Of a stretch of DNA of 64,000 bases, positions 1-21,795 are shown one piece after another (the first letter of the stretch is position 1; every line of letters starts with the position of its first letter). Origin of the DNA: Candidatus Limnocylindria bacterium (lineage in GTDB: Bacteria; Chloroflexota; Limnocylindria; QHBO01); the NCBI GenBank assembly GCA_036397815.1, contig DASWIE010000030.1, positions 3,272-67,271 of the forward strand, in the 5' to 3' direction. The translations under genes were made by a program, and so were the position numbers. The notes beneath the pieces were generated by a model. The model did not search any database. It was not told the origin of the DNA and was given only the letters and a program-made list of their open reading frames with translations.

Positions 1-2
1 AC

Positions 3-233
3 AAGGTGGTCAGCCTGCGCGGCGGGCTCCTTGGCTCGACCGCGATCGACGCGGCGGCGCTGACTCGGATGGCGACCCTGCCGAGCCGCGAGGTCCTGTT
101 GGGCAGGCTGGCGGGCGGGCTCGCCGGACCGATCACCGGCTTCGCCGGCGTATTGGCGGCCAACCTCCGCAACCTGGCCGGCGTCCTGGCCGCGGTGGCC
201 GATCAGAAGCGACAGACCGAAGGCGCCGCCTGA
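3..233 (+). CDS. rplJ: 50S ribosomal protein L10 (uL10), C-terminal fragment; the gene starts upstream of the window
   Basis: Ala/Leu-rich C-terminal tail typical of L10, ending with a TGA stop 85 nt upstream of rplL. The order rplJ-rplL is conserved. Confidence 0.65.
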   Translation, partial: KVVSLRGGLLGSTAIDAAALTRMATLPSREVLLGRLAGGLAGPITGFAGVLAANLRNLAGVLAAVADQKRQTEGAA

Positions 234-318
234 GCCGCGCCACCCCAAACGGGCAGTAGCCCTACCTACCGGCAGTGGCCCACGCACGGGCGGCAGCCCG
301 ACAAGGAGAGAAGCACAT

Positions 319-717
319 ATGGCAACCAAGACCCTGGGTAAGGACGAGATCCTCGAGGCCATCTCGGGCATGACCGTCCTGGAGCTCGCCGACCTCGTGA
401 AGGCGGTGGAGGAGAAGTTCGGCGTCACCGCGGCCGCTCCGGTGGCGATGGCCGCCGCGCCCGCCGCCGGCGGGGGAGACGGCGCAGCCGCTCCGGCCGA
501 GGAGAAGACCGAGTTCGACTCCGTCCTGACCGAGGTCGGCCCGAACAAGATCCTGGTCATCAAGGCCGTGCGCGAGCTGACCGGCCTGGGCCTCAAGGAG
601 GCGAAGGACCTCGTCGACGCCGCTCCCAAGGCGGTGAAGGAGGGCGTCACCAAGGAGGAGGCCGACCAGGTCAAGGAGAAGCTGGCCGAGGCCGGAGCAA
701 CTGTCGAGATTCGCTAG
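319..717 (+). CDS. rplL: 50S ribosomal protein L7/L12 (bL12)
   Basis: [36 protein letters not shown]..., an Ala/Pro hinge, and C-terminal [35 protein letters not shown] upstream. Confidence 0.97.
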   Translation: MATKTLGKDEILEAISGMTVLELADLVKAVEEKFGVTAAAPVAMAAAPAAGGGDGAAAPAEEKTEFDSVLTEVGPNKILVIKAVRELTGLGLKEAKDLVDAAPKAVKEGVTKEEADQVKEKLAEAGATVEIR

Positions 718-919
718 GCCGGCCAGTCTGTTCAGGTCCGCGATCGCGCAGCATTCCTAACGGCCAAGTTGGGAGGCCCGGTTAGCCGCTGGGATCAGCC
801 GGCGTTCCCCACGGCCATCAACGGGCCCTTGGGGAGGTTTACTTGGCGGATAGGAACAAAGGCTGATCACGGCGTTCGGCACCGCGCTCGCCGTCAGTCG
901 GCCGCGCCCATTTTCACGA

Positions 920-944
920 GAGCGCTTCACTTGACGAAGCGCTC
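920..944 (+). promoter_or_regulatory. Perfect 9-bp stem / 7-nt loop hairpin (GAGCGCTTC-acttgac-GAAGCGCTC) in the rplL-rpoB spacer; possible attenuator/processing structure
   Basis: Inverted repeat read directly from the sequence. It is flanked by a direct repeat cacgag and overlaps the -35-like hexamer. Confidence 0.4.
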
Positions 945-958
945 ACGAGTGATATACT
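931..958 (+). promoter_or_regulatory. Sigma-70-type promoter candidate for rpoBC (TTGACG-N16-TATACT)
   Basis: TTGACG at 931-936 and TATACT at 953-958, 50 nt upstream of the rpoB ATG. The same -10 hexamer recurs upstream of rpsL and infA. Confidence 0.4.
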
Positions 959-1007
959 CCTCTTTCGCGTGTCCGCGCCCCACCATGCCTTCCAGCAGGA
1001 GTCCTGA

Positions 1008-4490
<3,483 letters not shown>

Positions 4491-4521
4491 TCGGGGAAGC
4501 GGCGCCGAGAAGGCGCCGCGA

Positions 4522-4536
4522 CCCACCCATCGGTCC
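4522..4536 (+). repeat. Copy A of the dispersed intergenic motif CCCACCCATCGGTCC (core CCCATCGGTCC), 76 nt upstream of rpoC
   Basis: Exact 11-nt core shared with copies at about 9062 (reverse complement), 55636 and 63848. Confidence 0.55.
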
Positions 4537-4612
4537 ATTGCCTGCCGGGGCCTGGTCAGCCCTGGCGTCCCGAGCCAGATGCGGCGTCAGCCGCAGGAGT
4601 CGTAAGCCGCTC

Positions 4613-9040
<4,428 letters not shown>

Positions 9041-9061
9041 GCGTGCCGAACGCCTCAACCT

Positions 9062-9076
9062 GGACCGATGGGCGGG
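9062..9076 (-). repeat. Copy B of the dispersed motif in reverse-complement orientation (GGACCGATGGGCGGG), 22 nt downstream of the rpoC stop
   Basis: 11/11 core match and 14/15 extended match to copy A. A weaker related copy GGTCCGATGG lies at about 9231-9240. Confidence 0.5.
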
Positions 9077-9284
9077 CCGGCAGGACCACCGGCCCCCGGC
9101 AGCGCCACCCGTTGTGGCATTTTGACGATCGAGTCGTCGCCCAACTGCCTGATCAGCCATCAGGATGGTCGATCGGCCACAGGTCGTGGCGCTTCGGCCA
9201 TCGATTGCCGGCCGGGCCGGTTGATCGACTGGTCCGATGGTCAGAATGCCACGGGCTGTGGCGTCCCGGGGAGACTGCCTCCGG

Positions 9285-9314
9285 TTGACACTCTGAGCGT
9301 GCGAGCCGTATACT
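9285..9314 (+). promoter_or_regulatory. Near-consensus promoter for the str operon (TTGACA-N18-TATACT)
   Basis: Perfect -35 TTGACA with a TATACT -10, about 160 nt upstream of rpsL, within a 433-nt non-coding spacer. Confidence 0.5.
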
Positions 9315-9473
9315 CCGCCTTCGGTGTCCCGCTTGCGGGACGCCTTCGTGTGTGCCCGTTGGGCACCCCTTGCTGAAGCTCTCCCGAGCACCCTTCCCCG
9401 GGTGCGCGCGGGCCTCGTGAGGCGCGAATCGCAGCATCGGCGCACATCCTGAGAACACAACGCGAGGTCCTCG

Positions 9474-9893
<420 letters not shown>

Positions 9894-9897
9894 GCCG

Positions 9898-10371
9898 ATG
9901 CCGCGACGTCCCACCATCGCCCGCAAGAGCAAGTACTCCGAGCAGCTGGTCGGCACCGCGCTGACGATCGACCAGTTCACGCACAAGCTCATGCGCGGCG
10001 GTAAGCGCCAGCTCGCCTCCCGCATCCTGGAGGACGCCATCGCCCGCTGTGAGAAGGGGGCGGGGCGCGCCGGGGTGGAGGTGATGGAGCTCGCCCTGCG
10101 CAACGCGATGCCGCTCATCGAGGTGAAGCCCAAGCGCGTCGGCGGCTCGACCTACCAGATCCCGGTCGAGGTCCGCGCCGACCGCCGCATCAGCCTCGGC
10201 ATGCGCTGGCTGATCGAGTCCGCCCGCAAGCGGAACGGTCGCAGCATGGCCGAGAAGCTGGCGGGCGAGTTCATGGATGCCGCCAACGGTGTTGGTGCCG
10301 CGGTCAAGCGCCGCGAGGACACCCACCGCATGGCGGAGGCCAACAAGGCCTTCAGCCACTTCAAGTGGTAG
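9898..10371 (+). CDS. rpsG: 30S ribosomal protein S7 (uS7)
   Basis: [10 protein letters not shown]..., [14 protein letters not shown], ..[19 protein letters not shown]. Confidence 0.97.
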   Translation: MPRRPTIARKSKYSEQLVGTALTIDQFTHKLMRGGKRQLASRILEDAIARCEKGAGRAGVEVMELALRNAMPLIEVKPKRVGGSTYQIPVEVRADRRISLGMRWLIESARKRNGRSMAEKLAGEFMDAANGVGAAVKRREDTHRMAEANKAFSHFKW

Positions 10372-10376
10372 CCACC

Positions 10377-12482
<2,106 letters not shown>

Positions 12483-12511
12483 CGAGCGCAAGGAGCAAAC
12501 GAGAGACAACC

Positions 12512-13714
<1,203 letters not shown>

Positions 13715-13718
13715 CGCC

Positions 13719-14027
13719 ATGGCCAAGCAGCGCATCCGCATCCGGCTCAAGGCGTATGACCACAAGCTGCTCGACCAGTCGGCCGAGCAGATCGTGGAGA
13801 CGGCGCAACGGACCGGTGCCGCCATTGCGGGACCGGTTCCGTTGCCGACCCGGATCGAGAAGTACACGGTCATCCGTGGCCCATTCGTCCACAAGGACGG
13901 GCGGGAGCAGTTCGAGATCCGGACCCACAAGCGGCTGATCGACATCATCGATCCGTCGACCAAGACCGTGGATGCGCTGATGCGGCTGAGCCTGGCCGCC
14001 GGCGTCGATATCGAGATCAAGATGTGA
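13719..14027 (+). CDS. rpsJ: 30S ribosomal protein S10 (uS10)
   Basis: [21 protein letters not shown]...[25 protein letters not shown]. It lies 4 nt after tuf. Confidence 0.97.
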   Translation: MAKQRIRIRLKAYDHKLLDQSAEQIVETAQRTGAAIAGPVPLPTRIEKYTVIRGPFVHKDGREQFEIRTHKRLIDIIDPSTKTVDALMRLSLAAGVDIEIKM

Positions 14028-14089
14028 GTCGGGGGCGCCCCATGGGACGGCCCCACCCCACCCACCATCCAGGAGAGGAAGTTCGTAGA

Positions 14090-14713
14090 GTGCCGGCAGG
14101 TTTGATCGGGCGGAAGCTCGGGATGACGCGGATCTTCGGCGACGACGGCAGTGTCGTCCCGGTCAGCGTCATCGAGGCTACCCCCAACAGCATCACGCGG
14201 CTCCGCACGCCGGAGCGGGACGGCTATGCCGCCCTGCAGCTCGGCGCGGGCGTCGCGCGGCGCCAGACCAAGCCGGTCGCCGGCCAGTTCGCGCACCTCG
14301 ACAAGGCCCTGCAGAAGCCGGCCTCGGTCCGCGAGGTGCGGGTCGACTCGGTCGATGGCTTCGAGGTCGGCCAGACGCTCGACGTCAGCCTGTTCGAGCC
14401 GGGCGACCTGGTCGACGTGGTCGGCGTGAGCCGCGGTCACGGCTTCGTCGGGACCATCGCGCGCCACAACTTCAAGCGCGGGCCGAAGACCCACGGCTCG
14501 ACCAACTATCGGGCTCCGGGCTCGATCGGCGCCGGTACCACCCCCGGACGCGTCTTCAAGGGGACGCGGATGGGCGGCCACATGGGCGACGAGCGGGTGA
14601 CGGTCAAGAAGCTGAAGGTCATCCGCGTCGACGCCGAGCGCAACCTGATCCTGCTCAGGGGTGCGGTTCCCGGCGCGCGCAACGGCCTGCTGCTGGTGCA
14701 GAAGGCGAAGTGA
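14090..14713 (+). CDS. rplC: 50S ribosomal protein L3 (uL3)
   Basis: [13 protein letters not shown]...G.T.G.VFKG.RMGGHMG. GTG start at 14090, with AGGAGAGG upstream; the track ORF starts earlier at 14024. Confidence 0.93.
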   Translation: MPAGLIGRKLGMTRIFGDDGSVVPVSVIEATPNSITRLRTPERDGYAALQLGAGVARRQTKPVAGQFAHLDKALQKPASVREVRVDSVDGFEVGQTLDVSLFEPGDLVDVVGVSRGHGFVGTIARHNFKRGPKTHGSTNYRAPGSIGAGTTPGRVFKGTRMGGHMGDERVTVKKLKVIRVDAERNLILLRGAVPGARNGLLLVQKAK

Positions 14714-15336
14714 GCATGGACCACAAGATCCTGACGGCGACCGGCAAGGAGGCTGGCCAGGTGGACCTGGCCGAGTCGCTTTTCGGCGCGCCGGTGAGCG
14801 AGACGCTCATTCACCAGGCCGTCGTGCGCCAGCTGGCGGGACGCCGGATCGGCGCCGCCGACACGTTGACCCGCGGCCAGGTGACCGGCGGCGGCCGCAA
14901 GCCGTGGCGCCAGAAGGGGACCGGGCGAGCGCGGCAGGGCAGCCGCACCGCGCCGCAGTGGAAGGGTGGCGGCGTCGTGTTCGGTCCGCACCCGCGCGGG
15001 TACGAGCAGAAGCTCAACGCCAAGATGCGCCGCGCGGCGCTCCAGGGCGTGCTCAGCTCGAAGGCGGCCGAAGGCGCCCTGCGCGTGGTGGAGGGCTTCG
15101 AGCTGGACGAGATCGAGACTCGGGCCTTCGCCGAGCGGCTCGCCGCCTGGAAGGCCGAGGGCAAGGTGCTCGTGGTCCTGGCCGCGCGGGATCACGTCGT
15201 CGAGCGTTCGTGCCGCAACCTGCGCGAAGTGCGGGTCATCCTGGCCGATAGCCTGAATGTGATCGACCTGCTGGAGGCCGATACGGTCGTCTTCACCCGC
15301 GACGCCCTGGCACGCGCCCAGGAGGTGTACGCATGA
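14710..15336 (+). CDS. rplD: 50S ribosomal protein L4 (uL4)
   Basis: [32 protein letters not shown]. Alternative ATG at 14716. Confidence 0.94.
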   Translation: MSMDHKILTATGKEAGQVDLAESLFGAPVSETLIHQAVVRQLAGRRIGAADTLTRGQVTGGGRKPWRQKGTGRARQGSRTAPQWKGGGVVFGPHPRGYEQKLNAKMRRAALQGVLSSKAAEGALRVVEGFELDEIETRAFAERLAAWKAEGKVLVVLAARDHVVERSCRNLREVRVILADSLNVIDLLEADTVVFTRDALARAQEVYA

Positions 15337-15629
15337 CCGCCGTCAGCCTGCACGACATCCTGCTGCGCCCGGTGATCAGCGAGAAGAGCGTGGCCGAGAC
15401 GGAGCGCAACAACTACACCTTCGCCGTCGCGCGCGACGCGAACAAGTTCCAGATCAAGGCCGCAGTCGAAGCCGAGTTCAAGGTGAACGTGCTCGGCGTG
15501 CGCGTCATGAGCGTCAAGCCCAAGCAGAAGCGCCGCGGCCGCCGCCAGATGGGCACCGTTCCCGGCTGGCGCAAGGCGGTGGTGACCATCGCCGCGGGCC
15601 AGAAGATCGAACTCTTCGAGGCGGTGTAA
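15333..15629 (+). CDS. rplW: 50S ribosomal protein L23 (uL23)
   Basis: [10 protein letters not shown]......[15 protein letters not shown]....KQKRRGRR.G....WKKAVVTI. ATGA overlap with rplD. Confidence 0.95.
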   Translation: MTAVSLHDILLRPVISEKSVAETERNNYTFAVARDANKFQIKAAVEAEFKVNVLGVRVMSVKPKQKRRGRRQMGTVPGWRKAVVTIAAGQKIELFEAV

Positions 15630-15634
15630 GGACC

Positions 15635-16465
15635 ATGCCACTTCGCAAGTACCGGCCGACCAGCCCCGGCCTGCGCCAGATGACGCGATCGACCTTCGAG
15701 GAGATCACGCACGACGAGCCGTACAGGCCGCTCACCGAGCGCCTCGTGTCGCGGGCCGGGCGCAACAGCCAGGGCAAGCTGACCGTGCGCCACCAGGGCG
15801 CCGGCCACAAGCGGCTCTACCGCGTGATCGACTGGAAGCGCGACAAGGCCGGCGTGCCCGCAACGATCGCCACGGTCGAGTACGACCCGAACCGATCGGC
15901 GCGGATCGGACTGCTCCACTACGCCGATGGCGAGAAGCGCTACATGCTGCTGCCCCACGGCCTGGGGGTCGGCGACTCGGTCACCTCCGGCCGTGACGTG
16001 GAGGCGAGGATCGGCAACGCCCTGCCCCTGTCTCGCATCCCGCTCGGCACCCAGATCCACAACGTCGAGCTGGTGGCGGGTCGCGGCGGACAGATCGTGC
16101 GCTCCGCCGGCAGCAGCGCGCAGCTGCTCGCCAAGGAGGGTGAGATGGCCACCATCCGCCTTCCCTCCGGCGAGGTGCGCCGGGTGCGCGCCGAGTGCAT
16201 GGCCACCGTGGGGCAGGTGAGCAACCTCGACCACGAGAACCAGAACATCGGCAAGGCCGGACGGAGCCGGCATCTCGGCCGGCGGCCTCAGGTGCGCGGC
16301 GTGGTGATGAACCCGAACGACCATCCACACGGCGGTGGCGAGGGCAAGTCGCCGACCGGCATGCCGCCCAAGACGCCGTGGGGCAAGCCGGCGATGGGCC
16401 TGCGCACCCGAAAGAACAAGACCACCGGCAAGAACATCGTCCGCCGTCGGTATGGGCGGGGTTAG
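15635..16465 (+). CDS. rplB: 50S ribosomal protein L2 (uL2)
   Basis: [14 protein letters not shown]...[22 protein letters not shown]...[14 protein letters not shown]. Confidence 0.97.
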   Translation: MPLRKYRPTSPGLRQMTRSTFEEITHDEPYRPLTERLVSRAGRNSQGKLTVRHQGAGHKRLYRVIDWKRDKAGVPATIATVEYDPNRSARIGLLHYADGEKRYMLLPHGLGVGDSVTSGRDVEARIGNALPLSRIPLGTQIHNVELVAGRGGQIVRSAGSSAQLLAKEGEMATIRLPSGEVRRVRAECMATVGQVSNLDHENQNIGKAGRSRHLGRRPQVRGVVMNPNDHPHGGGEGKSPTGMPPKTPWGKPAMGLRTRKNKTTGKNIVRRRYGRG

Positions 16466-16474
16466 GAGGGCGCG

Positions 16475-16759
16475 ATGAGTCGTTCCGTCAAGAAGGGACC
16501 ATTTGTCGACGCGCGCCTGCTCGGCCGCATCGACGAGATGAACAAGCGCAACGAGCGCAAGGTGCTGAAGACCTGGTCGCGGGCCAGCGTGGTCTTCCCG
16601 GCCATGATCGGTCACACCATCGCGGTGCACGACGGTCGGCGGCACGTGCCGGTCTTCATCACCGAGAACATGGTCGGCCACCGGCTCGGCGAGTTCGCTC
16701 CGACGCGGCACTACCGTGGCCACGGCAAGGCCACCGAACGCTCGTCGGCGCTGAAGTAG
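16475..16759 (+). CDS. rpsS: 30S ribosomal protein S19 (uS19)
   Basis: [14 protein letters not shown].....NK...[44 protein letters not shown]. Confidence 0.97.
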   Translation: MSRSVKKGPFVDARLLGRIDEMNKRNERKVLKTWSRASVVFPAMIGHTIAVHDGRRHVPVFITENMVGHRLGEFAPTRHYRGHGKATERSSALK

Positions 16760-16771
16760 GAGCCTGAGTCG

Positions 16772-17113
16772 ATGCGCGTGACCGCCACCGCCAAGTACAT
16801 CCGCATCAGCCCGCGCAAGGTGCGGCTGGTGACCGACCTGATCAGCGGCAAGCCCGTCGAGGAGGCGGCCGCCATCCTGCGCTTCCTGCCGAACGCGGCG
16901 GCGCGCGACGTGGCCAAGGTGCTGAAGAGCGCCACGGCCAATGCCGAGAACAACTTCAACCTTTCGGCCGACGAGCTCACGGTGGTGAGCGCCGTCGCCG
17001 ACGAGGGCCCGACCCTGAAGCGGTGGCGACCCCGCGCCCAGGGACGGACCTTCGGGATCCTGAAGCGAACGAGCCACATCACGATCGCCGTGGCTGACCA
17101 AGAGGAGGCCTGA
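16772..17113 (+). CDS. rplV: 50S ribosomal protein L22 (uL22)
   Basis: [26 protein letters not shown]....AA. C-terminal [13 protein letters not shown]...I.KRTSHITI. Confidence 0.95.
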   Translation: MRVTATAKYIRISPRKVRLVTDLISGKPVEEAAAILRFLPNAAARDVAKVLKSATANAENNFNLSADELTVVSAVADEGPTLKRWRPRAQGRTFGILKRTSHITIAVADQEEA

Positions 17114-17925
17114 TGGGCCACAAGGTTCACCCCTACGGATTTCGGATCGGGATCATCAAGCCCTGGCTGGCGAAGTGGTACGCCGACCGCGACTACGCGA
17201 CCCTGCTGCAGGAGGACATGCGCGTCCGGCAGCTCGTGGCCAAGCAGCTGGCCAACGCCAGCGTCAGCCAGGTCGAGATCGAGCGCGGCATCAACCACGT
17301 GACGGTGACGGTGCACTCGGCCAAGCCGGGGATCGTGATCGGCAAGGGCGGCGCCAACGTCGAGCTGCTGCGCACCTCGATCGGCAAGCTGACCGACAAG
17401 AAGGTCAAGCTCGAGATCAAGGAGATCCTGCAGCCCGAGCTCGACGCCGTGCTCGTGGCCCAGAACGTGGCCGGCCAGCTGGAGCGCCGGATCGCGTTCC
17501 GCAAGGCGATCAAGCAGACCATCCAGCGCACCATCAAGGCTGGCGCCAAGGGCGTGAAGATCCAGGTCTCGGGCCGCCTCGGTGGCTCGGAGATGAGCCG
17601 TACCGAGTGGGATCGGGAGGGGCGCATCCCGTTGGGCACCCTGCGCGCCGACATCAGCTACGGCGTCGTGCACGCTCGCACGACCTATGGCCGCATCGGC
17701 GTCAAGGTCTGGGTCTACCGCGGCGAGCAGCTCGCCGAGCGACCCGGATCGGCACGCACCGAGCCGCGTGAGCAGCGCGCCCGCACCCCTCGCGGCCGGA
17801 CCCGCTCGGCCGCGCAGCCGGCCGCCGTCGAAGCCGCGGCCGGCACGGCTGCCGCTGCGGCTGCCCCGGCGCCGAGCGCACCCGCCGCCGCAGAGCAGCC
17901 GGCGACCGCGGGCGAGGAGGCCTGA
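17113..17925 (+). CDS. rpsC: 30S ribosomal protein S3 (uS3) with an Ala/Pro-rich C-terminal extension of about 60 aa
   Basis: [26 protein letters not shown] domain and GRLGG.EM.R.EW. The tail is [40 protein letters not shown] overlap with rplV. Confidence 0.95.
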   Translation: MGHKVHPYGFRIGIIKPWLAKWYADRDYATLLQEDMRVRQLVAKQLANASVSQVEIERGINHVTVTVHSAKPGIVIGKGGANVELLRTSIGKLTDKKVKLEIKEILQPELDAVLVAQNVAGQLERRIAFRKAIKQTIQRTIKAGAKGVKIQVSGRLGGSEMSRTEWDREGRIPLGTLRADISYGVVHARTTYGRIGVKVWVYRGEQLAERPGSARTEPREQRARTPRGRTRSAAQPAAVEAAAGTAAAAAAPAPSAPAAAEQPATAGEEA

Positions 17926-17929
17926 TCAG

Positions 17930-18358
17930 ATGCTGATGCCAAAGCGCGTCAAGCACCGCAAGGTGCAGCGCGGCCGCCGGTCGGGAATGGCGAAGGGTGG
18001 CACCACCGTCAGCTTCGGCGACTTCGGCCTGATGGCCGAGGAGGTCTGCTGGCTCACCAGCCGCCAGATCGAGGCGGCGCGCCGCGCCATGACCCACCAC
18101 ATCAAGCGGGGTGGACGGATCTGGATCCGGGTCTTCCCCGACAAGCCGGTCACCAAGAAGCCGGCGGAGGTGCGGATGGGCTCGGGCAAAGGAGCGCCAG
18201 ACCACTGGGTCGCGGTCGTCAAGCCCGGGCGGGTGATGTTCGAGATGTCCGGCGTGCCGGAGACCGTCGCCCGCGAGGCGATGCGGCTCGCCAGCCACAA
18301 GCTGCCGATCTCCACCAAGTTCGTGATCAAGGAGGGCGTGGAACATGGACATCAGTGA
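17930..18358 (+). CDS. rplP: 50S ribosomal protein L16 (uL16)
   Basis: [110 protein letters not shown]. Confidence 0.94.
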   Translation: MLMPKRVKHRKVQRGRRSGMAKGGTTVSFGDFGLMAEEVCWLTSRQIEAARRAMTHHIKRGGRIWIRVFPDKPVTKKPAEVRMGSGKGAPDHWVAVVKPGRVMFEMSGVPETVAREAMRLASHKLPISTKFVIKEGVEHGHQ

Positions 18359-18572
18359 GATCCGGCGTCTCTCCGACCAGGACCTGGCGGGCGCCCTCGT
18401 CGAGGCCAAGCAGGAGCTCTGGAAGGTCCGTTTCGACCTCGCCACCAGGCAGGAGAAGAACTACAGCAGGTTGCCGGCGACCCGCCAGCGGATCGCTCGC
18501 ATCCTGACCGTCATGACCGAGCGCCAGCACGCGGCGGCCGCCGCGACCGCTGACGCCGAGAAGGCCAGCTGA
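18345..18572 (+). CDS. rpmC: 50S ribosomal protein L29 (uL29)
   Basis: EIR.LSDQDL...L.EAKQEL...RF...T.Q..N.S.L...RQ.IARI.TV..ER. Confidence 0.88.
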   Translation: MDISEIRRLSDQDLAGALVEAKQELWKVRFDLATRQEKNYSRLPATRQRIARILTVMTERQHAAAAATADAEKAS

Positions 18573-18841
18573 TGCAGGGAAAGCGGCGTCTGAAGCTCGG
18601 GCGCGTGGTGTCCGACAAGATGGACAAGACGGTGGTCGTCAGCGTTGAACGGCTGCGCCGCCACCCGGTCTACAAGCGGGTGGTGCGGCTGTCGAGCAAG
18701 TTCAAGGCGCACGACGAGGAGAACTCAGCGCGCGTCGGCGACACGGTGCGGATCGAGGAGAGCCGTCCGCTCTCGCGCGAGAAGCGGTGGCGGGTGGTCG
18801 AGGTGGTCGCCCGCGGCTCCTACGAGGAGCTGGTGGACTAG
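18572..18841 (+). CDS. rpsQ: 30S ribosomal protein S17 (uS17)
   Basis: [16 protein letters not shown]...HP.YKR.V....KF.AHDE.N.A..GD.V.I.E.RPLS..KRW.VVEV. Confidence 0.93.
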   Translation: MQGKRRLKLGRVVSDKMDKTVVVSVERLRRHPVYKRVVRLSSKFKAHDEENSARVGDTVRIEESRPLSREKRWRVVEVVARGSYEELVD

Positions 18842-18843
18842 CC

Positions 18844-19212
18844 GTGATCCGTCAGTACACCCGGCTGCGCGTGGCCGACAACACCGGCGCGCGGACGCTC
18901 ATGTGCATCACCATCGTCGGTCGGTCGCGCTCCGACTCGGCCGAGGTCGGTGACGTCATCGTGGCGAGCGTCAAGCAAGCGTTGCCCAACTCCGGCGTCA
19001 AGAAGGGCGACGTCGTGCGTGCCGTGGTGGTCCGCACCAGCAAGGAGTACGGCCGGCCGGACGGCAGCCACATCCGCTTCGACGAGAACGCGGCGGTGCT
19101 GATCACGCCGCAGGGCAACCCGCGTGGGACCCGCATCTTCGGGCCCGTCGCGCGCGAGCTTCGCGAGCGCAACTACATGAAGATCGTTTCGCTCGCGCCG
19201 GAGGTGCTCTAG
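18844..19212 (+). CDS. rplN: 50S ribosomal protein L14 (uL14)
   Basis: [21 protein letters not shown].....S....[13 protein letters not shown]...VKKGDVV.AVVVRT.KE..R.DGS.IRFDENA.VLI. GTG start at 18844; the track ORF begins at 18787. Confidence 0.93.
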   Translation: MIRQYTRLRVADNTGARTLMCITIVGRSRSDSAEVGDVIVASVKQALPNSGVKKGDVVRAVVVRTSKEYGRPDGSHIRFDENAAVLITPQGNPRGTRIFGPVARELRERNYMKIVSLAPEVL

Positions 19213-19542
19213 ATGAACGTGCGGAAGGGCGACACGGTGCTGGTGCTGGCCGGCAAGGATCGCGGCAAGCGCGGAACCGTCGAGCGCGTCGAGCGCACCA
19301 AGCGCGGTATGGGCGTGGTGGTGCCGGGCCTCAACATGGCCAAGCGCCACCAGCGACCGAGGACCCGCACCCAGCAGGCCGGCATCCTGGACATCCCGGT
19401 GCCGATCCACGTCAGCAACGTGCAGGTCGTCTGCCCACGCTGCGGCAAGCCGACGCGCATCGGTCACCAGGTGCTGGAGAACGGCAGCCGGGTGCGCGTC
19501 TGCAAGCATTGTGGCGAGCAGATCGAAGGGACAACCAAGTGA
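19213..19542 (+). CDS. rplX: 50S ribosomal protein L24 (uL24), zinc-ribbon type
   Basis: [23 protein letters not shown]... with C-terminal [33 protein letters not shown]. Two CxxC pairs, as in Thermus-type uL24. Confidence 0.93.
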   Translation: MNVRKGDTVLVLAGKDRGKRGTVERVERTKRGMGVVVPGLNMAKRHQRPRTRTQQAGILDIPVPIHVSNVQVVCPRCGKPTRIGHQVLENGSRVRVCKHCGEQIEGTTK

Positions 19543-20162
19543 GCGCAGAGACACCCACCAAGCGGAAGGCAGCGTCGAAGCGAGCCCCGGCGAAGGCCGC
19601 GAACGCAGGTTCCACGCCACCGGCGGGCCTGCGCCAGCGCTACCGTGACGAGGCGGCGCCCGCGCTGCAGCGCGAGTTCGGCTATGCGAACCCGATGCAG
19701 ATCCCTCGCCTGGAGAAGGTGGTCGTCAACATCGGCCTGGGAGAGGCGATCCAGAACGCGAAGGCCCTCGATGCGGCGGTCGGCGACCTCACCCAGATCA
19801 CCGGCCAGAAGCCGATCGTGACCCGCGCCAAGCGCTCGATCGCCCAGTTCCGGTTGCGAACCGGGATGCCGATCGGCGCCAAGGTGACGCTGCGCGGGCA
19901 GCGGATGTACGACTTCCTGGAGCGCACCCTGCGCCTGGCGCTGCCGCGCATCCGCGACTTCAGGGGGATCGCGACCCGCTCGTTCGACGGGCGCGGCAAC
20001 TTCAGCCTCGGGCTGCGCGAGCAGCTCGTCTATCCCGAGATCGACTACGACAAGATCGACCGGCTCCGCGGGCTGGAGATCAGCATCGTGACCACGGCCA
20101 AGACCGATGAGGAGGGGCGCAAGCTCCTGGAGCTCCTCGGCATGCCGTTCCAGGCCAACTAG
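19539..20162 (+). CDS. rplE: 50S ribosomal protein L5 (uL5) with an N-terminal Lys/Ala-rich extension of about 25 aa
   Basis: ..[40 protein letters not shown]...[42 protein letters not shown] at 19539 overlaps the rplX stop (GTGA). Confidence 0.9.
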   Translation: MSAETPTKRKAASKRAPAKAANAGSTPPAGLRQRYRDEAAPALQREFGYANPMQIPRLEKVVVNIGLGEAIQNAKALDAAVGDLTQITGQKPIVTRAKRSIAQFRLRTGMPIGAKVTLRGQRMYDFLERTLRLALPRIRDFRGIATRSFDGRGNFSLGLREQLVYPEIDYDKIDRLRGLEISIVTTAKTDEEGRKLLELLGMPFQAN

Positions 20163-20174
20163 CGAGGAAACCGA

Positions 20175-20360
20175 GTGGCGAAGAAGTCGAAGATCGCGAA
20201 GGCACGGCGGGCGCCGCGCTTCCCGGTCCAGCAGCACAACCGCTGCTCGATCTGCGGGCGGCCGCGGGGCTACATGCGCCGCTTCGCGATGTGCCGAATC
20301 TGCTTCCGGGAGCGGGCCTTGGAGGGCCAGCTTCCCGGCGTGACCAAGTCGAGCTGGTAG
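20175..20360 (+). CDS. rpsN: 30S ribosomal protein S14 (uS14), short zinc-binding type Z (61 aa)
   Basis: [56 protein letters not shown]. Confidence 0.95.
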   Translation: MAKKSKIAKARRAPRFPVQQHNRCSICGRPRGYMRRFAMCRICFRERALEGQLPGVTKSSW

Positions 20361-20460
20361 CTCAGGTCAATCGGCCGCCGCGCGGGCGGCCCCATCAGCG
20401 GCAGGCGCCGACCACGCCGCGCGTGGCGCGTACCACCGTCGAGGAGACACCGAAACCGAC

Positions 20461-20859
20461 ATGAACGTAACCGACCCGATCGCCGACATGCTGACGCGGA
20501 TCCGCAACGCGAGCGCCGCGCGGCACCGTGAGCTGATGCTGCCCTCGTCCCGGGTGAAGCGCGAGATCGCGCGCATCCTTGTCGAGGAGGGCTTCATCGA
20601 TGGCTACTCGACCAGCCAGGACGGTATCCAGGAGATGCTCTCGCTGCAGCTGAAGTACGTCGAGGGCCGCACGCCGGTCGTCAGCGGGCTGAAGCGGATC
20701 TCCAAGCCGGGCCTGCGGGTCTACGCCCGCAAGACCGAGATTCCCCGCGTCCTGGGCGGGCTCGGGATGGCCATCCTCTCCACCTCGCGCGGGATCATGA
20801 CCGGGTCGCAGGCCCGGAAGCTGAATCTCGGCGGCGAGGTCCTCTGCTATGTCTGGTAG
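20461..20859 (+). CDS. rpsH: 30S ribosomal protein S8 (uS8)
   Basis: [16 protein letters not shown]......S...K..IA.IL.EEGFI..Y......GLRVY....[19 protein letters not shown]...[24 protein letters not shown]. Confidence 0.95.
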   Translation: MNVTDPIADMLTRIRNASAARHRELMLPSSRVKREIARILVEEGFIDGYSTSQDGIQEMLSLQLKYVEGRTPVVSGLKRISKPGLRVYARKTEIPRVLGGLGMAILSTSRGIMTGSQARKLNLGGEVLCYVW

Positions 20860-20871
20860 GGGAGCGAGCTG

Positions 20872-21423
20872 ATGTCACGAATCGGTCGAATGCCGATCGC
20901 GCTGCCGTCCGGGGTGGAGGTCACCCAGGAGGGTCGACTGCTGCGCGTCAAGGGCCCGCTCGGAACGCTGGAGCGGGAAATCCATCCCGAGATGACCGTG
21001 GAGCGCGATGACGGCCAGCTTCGCGTGGTGCGGCCGTCCGATCAGCCACGCCATCGGGCCCTGCACGGCCTGACCCGGACCCTGGTCAACAACATGGTCA
21101 CCGGCGTCACGAGCGGCTTCAGCAAGGGCCTGGAGATCAGCGGCGTCGGCTATCGCGCCCAGCTGCAGGGCACCAAGCTGGTGCTGGCCCTCGGCTACTC
21201 CCACCCGGTCGAGGTCGATCCGCCGGCCGGCATCGAGTTCCGCCTGGAGACGCCGACGCGCCTGGCGGTGTTCGGCGCCGACAAGGAGCTGGTCGGTCAG
21301 ATCGCGGCCTACATTCGCTCGCGACGAAAGCCAGAGCCGTACAAGGGCAAGGGGATCAAGTACGCGGGCGAGCAGATCCTGCGCAAGGCCGGCAAGGCCG
21401 GCAAGGTCGGAGGCGCCAAGTAA
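20872..21423 (+). CDS. rplF: 50S ribosomal protein L6 (uL6)
   Basis: [18 protein letters not shown]...V.V.GP.G.L....HP.......DG.L.V.R.....R..HGL.R.L..NMV.GV..GF.K.LEI.GVGYRA. Confidence 0.94.
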   Translation: MSRIGRMPIALPSGVEVTQEGRLLRVKGPLGTLEREIHPEMTVERDDGQLRVVRPSDQPRHRALHGLTRTLVNNMVTGVTSGFSKGLEISGVGYRAQLQGTKLVLALGYSHPVEVDPPAGIEFRLETPTRLAVFGADKELVGQIAAYIRSRRKPEPYKGKGIKYAGEQILRKAGKAGKVGGAK

Positions 21424-21782
21424 TGATCAAGAAGCAGAGCCGCGGCGCCTCGCGCCAGAAGCGGCACGCCCGCCTCCGGCTGCGCCTGTCGGGGAGCGGT
21501 GACCGCCCGCGCCTGTCGGTCTTCCGCAGCGCGAAGTACATCTACGCCCAGGTCATCGACGACACGACCGGGCGCACGCTGGCGGCGGCCTCCAGCCGGG
21601 AGGCCACCTTCGCCGGTGGGCCGGGAAAGCTCGGCGCCGCTCACGCGGTCGGCAAGGCGCTGGCCGAGCGGGCCAAGGCCGCCGGCGTTACGACCGCGGT
21701 CCTGGACCGCGGTGGATACCGATATCACGGGCGGGTTCGCTCGCTCGCCGAGGGCGCCCGCGACGGCGGCCTCGACCTGTAG
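21423..21782 (+). CDS. rplR: 50S ribosomal protein L18 (uL18)
   Basis: [38 protein letters not shown]..........A..VGK.LAERA..AG...VV.DRGGY.YHGRV..LAEGAR..GL. Confidence 0.93.
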   Translation: MIKKQSRGASRQKRHARLRLRLSGSGDRPRLSVFRSAKYIYAQVIDDTTGRTLAAASSREATFAGGPGKLGAAHAVGKALAERAKAAGVTTAVLDRGGYRYHGRVRSLAEGARDGGLDL

Positions 21783-21795
21783 GGCGGAGGACCAG

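Noticed and set aside
9068-9376. 102-aa + strand ORF in the rpoC-rpsL spacer
   Set aside because: It has no RBS, an odd Cys/Gly/Arg-rich composition and no family resemblance, and it overlaps the str promoter and repeat segments. It is more likely a non-coding leader.
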